DNA of 64,000 bases, from contig OZ252100.1 of NCBI GenBank assembly GCA_965248435.1, positions 3,200,001 to 3,264,000 of the forward strand. The letters are read 5' to 3'. This stretch comes from Candidatus Latescibacterota bacterium. GTDB lineage: Bacteria > Latescibacterota > UBA2968 > GCA-2709665. Numbering within the stretch: position 1 is the stretch's first letter; every line of letters begins with the position of its first letter. The notes below the pieces were generated by a model that ran no database searches, was not told the origin of the DNA, and saw only the letters and a program-made list of their open reading frames with translations. The translations under genes were made by a program, and so were the position numbers. Below, one piece after another: positions 35,981 through 44,866 of the stretch.

Positions 35981-37774
35981 ATGGAGAAACGCGACAAGGT
36001 GGATCCGATTACCCGCGAGCTGATCCGAAACGCGCTGAGCGGCGCGGCGGACACGATGACCGTGACCGTCATTCGCACTGCGCGATCCGCCGTCGTTAAG
36101 GACGGCATGGATTTTTCAACGGCGGTGTTCAACGCGGTTGGCGAGCAGGTGGCCCAGGGTCTGACGCTGCCCCTGCACATGGGGGCGATGCAGCCTGCGC
36201 TGGAAGGGGTACTGAGAAAGTTCGGGGATGACGTGAAGCCGGGGGACATTTTCGCGAACAATGATCCGTATGAGGGGGCCAGTCACCTTCCTGACATCTT
36301 TCTGTTCAAGCCGGTTTTTTTCGACGAGACACTCACGGCGTGGCTCTGCGTGATCGCCCACCAGACAGACATCGGAGGACGGGTCGCTGGAGGGAATGCT
36401 TGCGACAACACGGAGATCTATCAGGAGGGCCTGCGCCTTCCCCCCCTCAAGCTGCTCGAGCAGGGTGTTCTAAACGAGGCGATCTGGCGCATCCTCGAGT
36501 TGAATGTCCGGGTCCCGGGCATGGTGCTGGGCGATGTGCAAGCCCAGATTTCGGCGCTGCGCCTCGGGGAAAGAGAGATCCTGAAGCTCATAGAGGCGTA
36601 TGGTCCCGATCTGCTCCAAGTCTACATGAATGATATCATCGACACGACGGAGACGCTTACCCGAGCGGAGATCGAGGCCCTGCCTGACGGGTCGTGGTCG
36701 TTCACGGATTTCGTGGACGACGACGGTTTCAGTCCGGACCCGATCGCGATTCGAGTGGCGCTGACGATCGATGGCGACGAGATGCGGGTCGATTTCGCCG
36801 GGACGTCGCCGCAGGCCAAGGGATCCATCAACCCGAACTTCGCGTTCACGAAGTCGGCCGTCTATGCGGTTCTGAAATGCCTGACGGACGCCACGCTCAC
36901 GGCGAACGCCGGTTTCTTTCGACCGATCGAGATCGTTGCGCCCCCGGGCTGCTTCGTCAACCCGCAGCACCCCGCACCTGTCGCGGCGCGAGGACTTGCT
37001 GGATTCCGCGTCTGCCAGACCGTGTTCGGCGCGCTTGCCAGGGCCCTTCCCGACCGGATTCCCGCCGCCTGGGGGGGCGGCGAAGTAGGATTTACGTATG
37101 CTGGATATCAGAACGGGAAACCGTTCGTGTTTCTGGAGTTCAACAACGACGGACCGCGAGGAGGCGGGCCCCATCGAGACGGTGTTGACGGGGCAAGCAG
37201 TCCTATACATAATATGGCAAACACGCCGATCGAGAGCATCGAGGCGGAGCAGCCCCTGTTGATTCGACGCTACGAATATGCCCCGGATTCGGCAGGTGCG
37301 GGCAGGCACCGGGGCGGCCTCGGCATGGTTCGCGAGTATGAAGTACTCGCTGATGAGGCGATGGTGCAGCTTCGCTCCGATCGCACCAAGTTTCTGCCGT
37401 GGGGCGCTCAGGGCGGGAAGCCGGGAAGCCGCACGCTGAACATTCTGAATCCGGGTAGAGATGAGGAGGCGCTCCCCTCAAAATTTATGAGGTGGTTGAA
37501 GAAGGGAGAGGTCTACCGGCTGATACAGGCGGGGGGCGGGGGTTGGGGGGATCCGCTGGATCGAGATCCTGAGGCTGTGCTGGCCGACGTCATCCAGGAG
37601 AAGGTGACACGTGAGCGGGCGAGGTCGGATTACGGAGTTGTGATTCAGCCGAGTCCCCAAGTGGTGGACGTGGACGCCACCCGGCAGCTTCGTGGGCAGA
37701 TCCGAGGCGCGCGGGGGACCATCAGCCTGGAGCCCCGAGCGTGCCCGGTGGAAGAATCAGGATCGGGACGATAA
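35981..37774 (+). CDS. hyuB: Hydantoinase B / 5-oxoprolinase subunit
   Basis: DFSTA, NDPY.G.SHLPD, AHQTDIGG, EIYQEGL, DSAGAGRHRGGLG, GGGGWGDP. Confidence 0.92.
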   Translation: MEKRDKVDPITRELIRNALSGAADTMTVTVIRTARSAVVKDGMDFSTAVFNAVGEQVAQGLTLPLHMGAMQPALEGVLRKFGDDVKPGDIFANNDPYEGASHLPDIFLFKPVFFDETLTAWLCVIAHQTDIGGRVAGGNACDNTEIYQEGLRLPPLKLLEQGVLNEAIWRILELNVRVPGMVLGDVQAQISALRLGEREILKLIEAYGPDLLQVYMNDIIDTTETLTRAEIEALPDGSWSFTDFVDDDGFSPDPIAIRVALTIDGDEMRVDFAGTSPQAKGSINPNFAFTKSAVYAVLKCLTDATLTANAGFFRPIEIVAPPGCFVNPQHPAPVAARGLAGFRVCQTVFGALARALPDRIPAAWGGGEVGFTYAGYQNGKPFVFLEFNNDGPRGGGPHRDGVDGASSPIHNMANTPIESIEAEQPLLIRRYEYAPDSAGAGRHRGGLGMVREYEVLADEAMVQLRSDRTKFLPWGAQGGKPGSRTLNILNPGRDEEALPSKFMRWLKKGEVYRLIQAGGGGWGDPLDRDPEAVLADVIQEKVTRERARSDYGVVIQPSPQVVDVDATRQLRGQIRGARGTISLEPRACPVEESGSGR

Positions 37775-37856
37775 GATTTTCGGGATTGACTCCGCAGTCC
37801 GATTGTAACACTTTTTAGGTATCGGGCTGTTCAAAAGTCGGAGGAGGTAACTACGC

Positions 37857-38978
37857 TTGGACACGACGAATAACGCGCATCCGATCAACTATGGCATGTT
37901 CATCATGCCGTTTCACCCGTCGAGCAAACCGCTGTCAAAGTGCTTTGACGAGGACGTCGAACTGGTCATCCGGGCAGAAGAGCTGGGCTTCGACGAGTTC
38001 TGGATCGGCGAACACCATACGATGAAGTACGAACCGATCGTGGTACCCGAGGTGTTCATCGGCCGCGTACTCGGAGAGACGAAGCGAATTCGTCTGGGTC
38101 CCGCACCCGTCTGCCTCAATCAGCACCATCCGGCCTACGTCGCAACGCGGCTGGCCTTTCTGGATCATCTCTCCAAGGGACGGCTCAACCTCTGCTTTGG
38201 TCCGGGCAGTGTCACTGCAGATATGGAACTCTACGGTCTGAATCCGAAGGACGGCGGCGCGATGACGTTCGAAGCGATCGACGTCATCCTGAAGCTGTGG
38301 GCGTCGGACCCGCCCTACCACCACGATGGCGAATTCTGGCAGATCTCGCTCGAGAAACACGTCGATGAGGCAACGGCGATCGGGTTCATCCACAAGCCGC
38401 TGCAGCAGCCACATCCGCCGATCGCCATGCCCGGCATAAGCCGCAACTCTTACAGCCTCAAGGTGGCCGCCCAGCGCGGGTTTTCTCCTTTCTCGGCCGC
38501 TCTCGTGACCGGTAATGTCCTGGCCGACAACTGGGCGACCTACGCCGCCGCGGCCGCCGAAGCCGGACGCGTAGCCGATCCGGCGAGCTGGAAGGTCTCG
38601 AGAGCCATATTCCTCGCAGACACGACCAAGGAGGCCGTGAAGCTCGCGCGCAGCAACACGGTGGGCCAGAACTACGAGTATATCGCCTCCCTGATGGACA
38701 ACGCGCTCGGGAAGCGGGACATCCTGAAGCGCGACTTGGATATGCCGGACGCCGACTGCAACATGGATTTCTGGCTCAAAGAGCAGATCATTGCCGGCGA
38801 CGTCGACGAAGTGCTGCAGCGGCTGCTGGCGCTGATAGAGGAGTGCGGGCCGTTCGGCACGCTGATTCTTATGGGTTTCGACTGGGACGACAGGGAAAGC
38901 TGGCTTCGCAACCTGGATCTGTTCGCGAATGAGCTGATGCCCGCCTTGAACAGGGCAGTATCAGGTGTCGCAGCCTGA
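37857..38978 (+). CDS. LLM-class (luciferase-like) flavin-dependent monooxygenase
   Basis: YGMFIMPFHP, AEELGFDEFWIGEHH, LDHLSKGR, KPLQQPHPPI; TTG start after GGAGG. Confidence 0.9.
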   Translation: MDTTNNAHPINYGMFIMPFHPSSKPLSKCFDEDVELVIRAEELGFDEFWIGEHHTMKYEPIVVPEVFIGRVLGETKRIRLGPAPVCLNQHHPAYVATRLAFLDHLSKGRLNLCFGPGSVTADMELYGLNPKDGGAMTFEAIDVILKLWASDPPYHHDGEFWQISLEKHVDEATAIGFIHKPLQQPHPPIAMPGISRNSYSLKVAAQRGFSPFSAALVTGNVLADNWATYAAAAAEAGRVADPASWKVSRAIFLADTTKEAVKLARSNTVGQNYEYIASLMDNALGKRDILKRDLDMPDADCNMDFWLKEQIIAGDVDEVLQRLLALIEECGPFGTLILMGFDWDDRESWLRNLDLFANELMPALNRAVSGVAA

Positions 38979-38998
38979 AAAGTCAGGAGGGACGGAAC

Positions 38999-39871
38999 GT
39001 GCCGGACGCACGGGATATAGAAGCCTTCGATTCAGACGGATACTTGGTGGCTCAGGGTCTTTTTTCCGAAGCGGAGACAGACTTGCTCCGGGACCATTAC
39101 ATGGCGGTTCGGGCCGCGGGCTCCTATCCAGGAGACAATCACGGAACGCAGTCCAGGCCCGACGATCCGCTCAGGAAGTTTCCGCGGCTAATCCATATGC
39201 ATCGATGGGATGAGCTCAGCCTGGGATTTCTTCTGGATCCTCGATTGCGGCGTTGGACCGAGGCGCTCATGGGTATTGAGCCCTTCGCCGTTCAGACAAT
39301 GCTCTACTTCAAGCCGCCGGGTGCACGGGGGCAATCTCTCCATCAGGACAATTTCTTCCTGAAGGTTCAACCCGGGACCTGCCTGGGGGCCTGGCTAGCG
39401 CTCGACAAGACGGATGAGGAGAACGGGTGCCTCCACGTCGTTCCAGGCACACACCTTCAGGAGATTCTCTGTCCGAGAAACGCGGATCTTGAACAGAGTT
39501 TCAGCAGGATCGTCGTTCCGATTCCTGATGATCTGGCACTCGTTCCATTGGTGATGGACCCGGGCGATATGTTGTTCTTCCACGGATCGCTGATTCACGG
39601 CAGCTTTCCCAACAAGAGCAAGGAACGTTTCAGGCGGTCGCTGATCGGTCACTACATTTCTGGCGAGGCTGAGGAGGTGGCGAAGTTCTATCACCCGGTG
39701 CTGCGGATGGATGGGACGGAGGTGGAGCTTGGCGAGACTGAACTCGGGGGATCGTGTGGCGAATGGGCGGATGAGGAGGGTGAGCCGGTCGTAAAGATGG
39801 GGAGTCAGGAAACAGGATTCTGGGATTCGATGGGTCGGTATCATCCACCAGATTCGGAAGAGGAACTCTGA
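38999..39871 (+). CDS. PhyH-family Fe(II)/2OG dioxygenase
   Basis: QTMLYFKPPGARGQSLHQD, ENGCL.VVPGTH, FFHGSLIHGS.PN....FRR. Confidence 0.9.
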   Translation: MPDARDIEAFDSDGYLVAQGLFSEAETDLLRDHYMAVRAAGSYPGDNHGTQSRPDDPLRKFPRLIHMHRWDELSLGFLLDPRLRRWTEALMGIEPFAVQTMLYFKPPGARGQSLHQDNFFLKVQPGTCLGAWLALDKTDEENGCLHVVPGTHLQEILCPRNADLEQSFSRIVVPIPDDLALVPLVMDPGDMLFFHGSLIHGSFPNKSKERFRRSLIGHYISGEAEEVAKFYHPVLRMDGTEVELGETELGGSCGEWADEEGEPVVKMGSQETGFWDSMGRYHPPDSEEEL

Positions 39872-39904
39872 CGAAACGCTTAATCGAGCAACGTCATAAC
39901 AGAG

Positions 39905-39939
39905 AAGCGGCCGAGTCGAGTTTTTTCGATCGGCCGCTT
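39905..39939. terminator. Hairpin between convergent genes (possible bidirectional terminator)
   Basis: AAGCGGCCGA...TCGGCCGCTT perfect 10-bp stem. Confidence 0.55.
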
Positions 39940-39968
39940 TGTCGTTGCTTCGAACCAGGTGGCGTCTT

Positions 39969-40232
39969 CTAGATCTGAACCTCGCGGTAGGTGTCGATTT
40001 GATCCCGGAGTCTGGGGACGACATAGATGTCCTCGATCGGAAGACGCCCGAACTCCCTTGAAAAGAGCTCGATCTGGCTGGTGACATCGAGCCTGTAGTC
40101 CAGTATGAAGCGGCTCTCGCCTTTGAACGTGCAAAGGCCCCCGGGTCCGCCTGCCAGGTCTTCGCGAGAGACACGGATCCCAAGCCTTTCGGCAAGGGCC
40201 TCACATTCCTGTAAGAGTTGTGTGTCGGTCAT
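39969..40232 (-). CDS. Hypothetical protein (87 aa)
   Basis: LAERLGIRV.RE....GGLC..KG....I+D...IY+.P.+R pattern; sits 14 nt after the cyclase gene. Confidence 0.65.
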   Translation of the reverse strand: MTDTQLLQECEALAERLGIRVSREDLAGGPGGLCTFKGESRFILDYRLDVTSQIELFSREFGRLPIEDIYVVPRLRDQIDTYREVQI

Positions 40233-40246
40233 ATGCCCGGAATGTC

Positions 40247-41167
40247 CTATGCCTCAGCGTTACCCGAGACCGTTTGATTTCGCCCGGCACGCTTCGCCTC
40301 GTAGAGCCTCGTGTCAGCAAGATTGATCATGGACTCCACGCCCATAATACCCTTGTCCTCGGGATAGGAGGCCGTCCCGGCGCTCAGGGTGAGTCTTAGG
40401 GATTTCTTTTCATGATTGAAGATGTATGAGTCGACCTGAGTCCGCAGACGCTCTGCGAAGACGTGGGCGCCTTTCTTGTCTGTGTGAAAGATGATGACCA
40501 GAAACTCCTCCCCCCCGTACCGAATCAGGGCATCTTCCTCACGGCAGTGAAGTAGGGTGAGGGTCGTAACTTCACGAAGTACGTGGTCACCCGTCAAGTG
40601 CCCATGGTTGTCGTTGACGAGCTTGAAGAGGTCGATGTCGAAAAGGACGATGGAGACCGGCATACCGTAGCGGGAAGACTCCGCCAGTCTGGCCTTCAGC
40701 AGTCTGTCGAGCGCTCGCCGGTTGTAGGCACCCGTTAACGGATCCGTAAGGGTGAGCTCGGAGAGCCGGGTGTATTCTTCGGAGAGGTGGTTCTGCTGCT
40801 TCTTGAGTCTGAGCAGGGCCCGAACCCGGGCCGCGAGTTCAGTAGGATGGATGGGTTTTACGAGGTATTCCACTGCCCCGAGGTCGAGACCTTTGACCTT
40901 GGCGTCCAGTGCGTCATCGGCGGAGAGAAGAATAACGGTAAGGGGGTCGTAGTTACGATCTTTGCGGATGGTCTCGAGGACCTCGAAGCCGTCCGTTCCG
41001 GGCAGCATCACGTCCAGGATCAGGATGTCAGGAAGGGCCTCGAGGAGGCGCGCAATCGCGCTCTCGCCGTTCGACGCCGTGTCGACCTCATACGATTCGT
41101 CTTTGAGGGCCGAGGCGACAAAAGTCAAGATATTGGGGTCGTCGTCAACGACCAGGACCCTGGGCAT
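40247..41167 (-). CDS. REC-GGDEF diguanylate cyclase response regulator
   Basis: LVVDDD, phospho-Asp LDVMLP, YLVKP; TDPLTG, FKLVND..GH..GD, I-site REED, RYGGEEF. Confidence 0.92.
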   Translation of the reverse strand: MPRVLVVDDDPNILTFVASALKDESYEVDTASNGESAIARLLEALPDILILDVMLPGTDGFEVLETIRKDRNYDPLTVILLSADDALDAKVKGLDLGAVEYLVKPIHPTELAARVRALLRLKKQQNHLSEEYTRLSELTLTDPLTGAYNRRALDRLLKARLAESSRYGMPVSIVLFDIDLFKLVNDNHGHLTGDHVLREVTTLTLLHCREEDALIRYGGEEFLVIIFHTDKKGAHVFAERLRTQVDSYIFNHEKKSLRLTLSAGTASYPEDKGIMGVESMINLADTRLYEAKRAGRNQTVSGNAEA

Positions 41168-41261
41168 GGAATTTTCCTTTAAAGGCGCTCCACCAGTTAT
41201 CGCACCTAGGTCTAGTATAGGGCAATGTCGGCGACGGTGTCAAGCGATAAGCCAAGTGAAT

Positions 41262-41780
41262 TCAGCACCTTTTGCTGGAGATCGATGTCATCAGGGCTCT
41301 GAGGCGTTTGTAGTGGTCGAGCTTTTCATCCCGTCGGATTGGCAGTGCGCCGCTCGTCGACGGAGCAACGAAGACCGTTGCGCCCTCGAGGGCATTTTCC
41401 TGGAGACCGTAGCTGCACGACTCACTAAGGATGCTCCTGTATCCTGTCTTCCCATTAAAGCAGACGACTCCGGGTCTGAACGTTTCCAGCTTTTTCCGGA
41501 GGGGATGGAAGCCGGACCTGAATTCTTTCCGATTCAGATCTGCAATTCCTGAGGTCGGACGCTTGACCAAATCCGTGAGCCCCAGGTTGTAGGTAAGGAT
41601 CAGGCCGTCCTCTTGAGGGGTGAGAAGGCGGTCCGTGAACCCAGCCTCGTGGAGGAACGGCCAGAACTGATTTCCTCTTCCCGCGTAGTAGTGACCGATT
41701 CGGGCAGATGGGAGACTGGGGTTGAGGCCGACGAAGATGACATCGAGTCCAGGTCTGAGATAGTCGGGAAGCGTTTGCAC
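41262..41780 (-). CDS. mug: G:T/U mismatch-specific DNA glycosylase
   Basis: FVGLNPS..SA..GH.YA.RGN.FW, GLTDLVKRPT, PSTSG; GTG start. Confidence 0.9.
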   Translation of the reverse strand: MQTLPDYLRPGLDVIFVGLNPSLPSARIGHYYAGRGNQFWPFLHEAGFTDRLLTPQEDGLILTYNLGLTDLVKRPTSGIADLNRKEFRSGFHPLRKKLETFRPGVVCFNGKTGYRSILSESCSYGLQENALEGATVFVAPSTSGALPIRRDEKLDHYKRLRALMTSISSKRC

Positions 41781-41805
41781 GACTGCCCTGTTTCATTAGC
41801 GCAAG

Positions 41806-41834
41806 TTGACAGACGGGAGCAATTGATTTAATTT
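41806..41834 (+). promoter_or_regulatory. Sigma70-type promoter for ilvD
   Basis: TTGACA-N17-TAATTT. Confidence 0.6.
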
Positions 41835-41942
41835 ACGTCTCCTGAACTCATTAATATACAGTGAATTCCAGAGGTTTCAAACGCACACTTCATTCCGCGG
41901 CAAGGGAACAGACCCCGTGAGAAGATGCAGAAAGGGTTCGAT

Positions 41943-43613
41943 GTGTTGAACAAATTCAGTTCTCGAGTGACGCAGGTGAAGGCCCAGGGCGCCTCTCAGG
42001 CCATGCTGTATGGAACGGGTCTGACAGAGGCGGATATGGATAAGGCCCAGGTCGGCATCGCGAGCGTCTGGTACGAAGGCAACACCTGCAACATGCACCT
42101 GCTTGATCTGGCCGAGAAAGTCAAGCTGGGGGTGACAGAGGCCGGTCTGGTTGGGATGCGATTCAATACGGTCGGGGTAAGCGATGGGATATCGATGGGC
42201 ACGGAGGGCATGAGTTACTCTCTGCAGTCGCGCGATCTCATCGCTGATTCGGTCGAGACGATGATGTGTGCCCAGTGGTATGATGCCAACATTTCTATTC
42301 CTGGTTGCGACAAGAACATGCCGGGCTGTCTGATTGCGATGGGGCGCGTGAACAGACCTTCTCTAATGGTGTATGGCGGCACGATAAGAGCCGGCTACTT
42401 TGAAGGAAATAAGCTGGATATCGTGTCCGCATTCCAGAGCTACGGGGAAGTTATCGCCGGCACTCTGGATGAGGCGGGTAGAACCCGCGTCGTTCAGAAT
42501 GCCTGTCCCGGGGCGGGTGCGTGCGGGGGGATGTATACGGCAAACACGATGGCGTCGGCGATCGAGGCGATGGGGATGTCGCTGCCTTACAGCGCATCGA
42601 ATCCTGCCGAGGACCACAAAAAGGTCGAGGAGTGTCGGGCGGCCGGTGCTGCCATTCGAATGCTGCTGGAGAGAGACCTGAAACCCCGGGATATTATGAC
42701 GCGGGAAGCGTTCGAGAATGCGATGGTGGTCGTGATGGCGCTGGGAGGGTCGACGAACGCCGTCCTGCACCTCATCGCGATCGCAAGATCTGTGGGCGTC
42801 GATCTGAAGATCGATGACTTCAAGGCCGTGAGTGAGCGCGTGCCCTTCCTGGCAGACCTGAAGCCGAGCGGGCAGTATGTTATGGAGGACCTGCACCACG
42901 TCGGAGGGACACCTGCAGTGATGAAGTACCTTCTGCACGAAGGGCTTATGAATGGAGACTGTATGACGGTGACGGGACGGACGCTGGCTGAGAATCTGGC
43001 GGACCTGCCCGGGCTTGAGGAAGGTCAGGATGTAATTTATCCGGTGGAGCGCCCGATTAAACCGACCGGACATATCGAGATCTTAAGAGGGAACCTGGCT
43101 CCGGAGGGAGCGGTGGGGAAGATTACGGGGAAGCAAGGGACAAAGTTCGAAGGCCCGGCCCGCGTGTATGATTCCGAGGAGCAGGCGCTGGAGGCGCTGG
43201 AGCAACACAAGGTCCAGGACGGGGATGTCCTGGTGATTCGGTACGAAGGACCGAAGGGAGGCCCGGGGATGCCGGAAATGCTGACGATTACGTCGGCGAC
43301 CGCGGGTGCCGGACTCGTTCAGTCCGTGGCGTTGATCACGGACGGACGGTTTTCGGGTGGGTCTCACGGATTTCTCGTGGGACATATCACACCGGAGGCG
43401 CAGGAGGGGGGACCGATCGCCCTGATTCAGGACGGGGACCGGATTACGATCGATGGAGATGAGAACGAAATTCACGTAGACCTGACCAACGAGGAGCTGG
43501 ACCGTCGACGGGATGCGTGGAAGGCTCCACCCTACAAGGCGACGCGAGGCACCCTCTACAAATATATCAAGACGGTAAAATCGGCCTCTGAGGGTTGTGT
43601 GACAGACGAATAG
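41943..43613 (+). CDS. ilvD: Dihydroxy-acid dehydratase
   Basis: [76 protein letters not shown]...V.SAS.GCVTD. Confidence 0.97.
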   Translation: MLNKFSSRVTQVKAQGASQAMLYGTGLTEADMDKAQVGIASVWYEGNTCNMHLLDLAEKVKLGVTEAGLVGMRFNTVGVSDGISMGTEGMSYSLQSRDLIADSVETMMCAQWYDANISIPGCDKNMPGCLIAMGRVNRPSLMVYGGTIRAGYFEGNKLDIVSAFQSYGEVIAGTLDEAGRTRVVQNACPGAGACGGMYTANTMASAIEAMGMSLPYSASNPAEDHKKVEECRAAGAAIRMLLERDLKPRDIMTREAFENAMVVVMALGGSTNAVLHLIAIARSVGVDLKIDDFKAVSERVPFLADLKPSGQYVMEDLHHVGGTPAVMKYLLHEGLMNGDCMTVTGRTLAENLADLPGLEEGQDVIYPVERPIKPTGHIEILRGNLAPEGAVGKITGKQGTKFEGPARVYDSEEQALEALEQHKVQDGDVLVIRYEGPKGGPGMPEMLTITSATAGAGLVQSVALITDGRFSGGSHGFLVGHITPEAQEGGPIALIQDGDRITIDGDENEIHVDLTNEELDRRRDAWKAPPYKATRGTLYKYIKTVKSASEGCVTDE

Positions 43614-43615
43614 AC

Positions 43616-43801
43616 TCGTATCTCGTATCTCGGGGCCAGGTTCGTGGCGATGCGAAATGCGGTAATTGACAGGCAAGCAACGAGCCCACTGTACCCGGTA
43701 CCCGTGTTTTGATTTCCTGGGGCGACCCAGCTGTCGCCCCCAAACCGTAAGATCCCTGTAACCTATCTACCTATCCCGGTACCCGGTTCTAACGAGATAC
43801 G
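43616..43801. repeat. Heptamer-bounded (TCTCGTA/ACGAGAT) intergenic element with internal palindrome
   Basis: Left (TCTCGTA)x2-TCTCGGGGCCA, right ACGAGATACG; internal GGGGCGAC-N6-GTCGCCCC (43719-43740) and CCGGTACCCG repeats. Confidence 0.6.
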
Positions 43802-43831
43802 CGTAGGTGACCTCATGATTGGAGCACGCAC

Positions 43832-44113
43832 ATGAAGGCGGTTTGGAAGGAGACGATCGTCGCGGAGAGCGATCGGACAGTCGTCGTTGAAGGCAATCAT
43901 TACTTTCCCGGGGATTCGATTCGGAAAGAGCACTTTCGGGAGAGCGAGACGCAGACGAACTGCCCCTGGAAGGGGGTGGCGAGTTACTACGACCTGGTTG
44001 TCAGCGATGAGGTGAACGGGGATGCGGCCTGGACCTACCCGGATCCGAAGCCAAAGGCGCTCGAGATCAAGGACCACGTTGCCTTCTGGAAGGGTGTGGA
44101 AGTGACGGGCTGA
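43832..44113 (+). CDS. DUF427 (NTP_transf_9) family protein
   Basis: AESD.T.VVEGNHYFP, CPWKG.ASYY, DAAW.YP.PK, I..HVAFWKGV. Confidence 0.92.
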   Translation: MKAVWKETIVAESDRTVVVEGNHYFPGDSIRKEHFRESETQTNCPWKGVASYYDLVVSDEVNGDAAWTYPDPKPKALEIKDHVAFWKGVEVTG

Positions 44114-44225
44114 AGCAAAAACTGCTTGTGTTTGTGGTCTCGATTCTTTATTATATCGTTGTCAGGGATAGACTTACGATACCAAGAGATACTAAGCTCA
44201 TCCCACCCCCCGTGGGAGGCTCTCG

Positions 44226-44438
44226 ATGCCGCTTCGAGTCTCTAATGTTGATTTAAGTCCCAGAAGTCTGCTGGACAACGCCGCGATTCCGACCGGACCG
44301 ATTCCGCCTCCGCGAAATGTGGAGGGGGGAGCTGAGAGACCGCGTGAAGTGAGCACCAACCTGCTCCAGAACACGTTTATACAGCTGAATGCATCCAAGC
44401 AGGACGGCGTCGGCGGCCGGATCGATCTTTTAGGTTAG
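44226..44438 (+). CDS. Small hypothetical protein (70 aa), YjfB/motility-protein-like C-terminus
   Basis: GGGAGG SD; ends GVGGRIDLLG; upstream TTGTGT-N17-TATTAT. Confidence 0.45.
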   Translation: MPLRVSNVDLSPRSLLDNAAIPTGPIPPPRNVEGGAERPREVSTNLLQNTFIQLNASKQDGVGGRIDLLG

Positions 44439-44489
44439 TGATGCATTTAGAGGCACAGTAGTCAGCCTCGCTAAAACCAGGTTTTACAT

Positions 44490-44520
44490 ATCGGGATGGA
44501 CCACACGGGTCCGTCCCGAT
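44490..44520. repeat. REP-like palindrome
   Basis: ATCGGGATGGACC-N5-GGTCCGTCCCGAT. Confidence 0.6.
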
Positions 44521-44606
44521 TTTGTTCTACCTGACCCCCCCGGCCCCCTTGCTCCCTAATCTGTTCGTCCCACCCCAGAACCCCATGCCTCCGACGGCCG
44601 GAAACC

Positions 44607-44733
44607 CGTATCTCGTATTTCGCATCTCGTATCTCGGGGCCAACACCGGAGCTCACCAGAACTCGTCGACACCTCGCGTAGTGAATTTGCAAGATACCTC
44701 GGACGAGATACGCTTCACGAGATACGAGATACG
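44607..44733. repeat. Second heptamer-bounded element (inverted TCTCGTA arrays)
   Basis: Left CGTA-TCTCGTA-TTTCGCA-TCTCGTA-TCTCGGGGCCA; right ACGAGAT-ACGCTTC-ACGAGAT-ACGAGAT-ACG. Confidence 0.7.
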
Positions 44734-44866
44734 TTCATCAGGTGGTTGCAAGGGAGTCCCACACCGCGGTCCGGATGGCATTCAGCGGTGCAAAAGAGTT
44801 CATTAGGTTGACCCCAACATTCAGCGAAGAACCTTCCCTAAAGGGAAGGGGGAGCAGGCCCCAAGT

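Noticed and set aside
43614-44733. CRISPR array
   Set aside because: Repeats are 7-mers without unique spacers of regular length; no cas genes.
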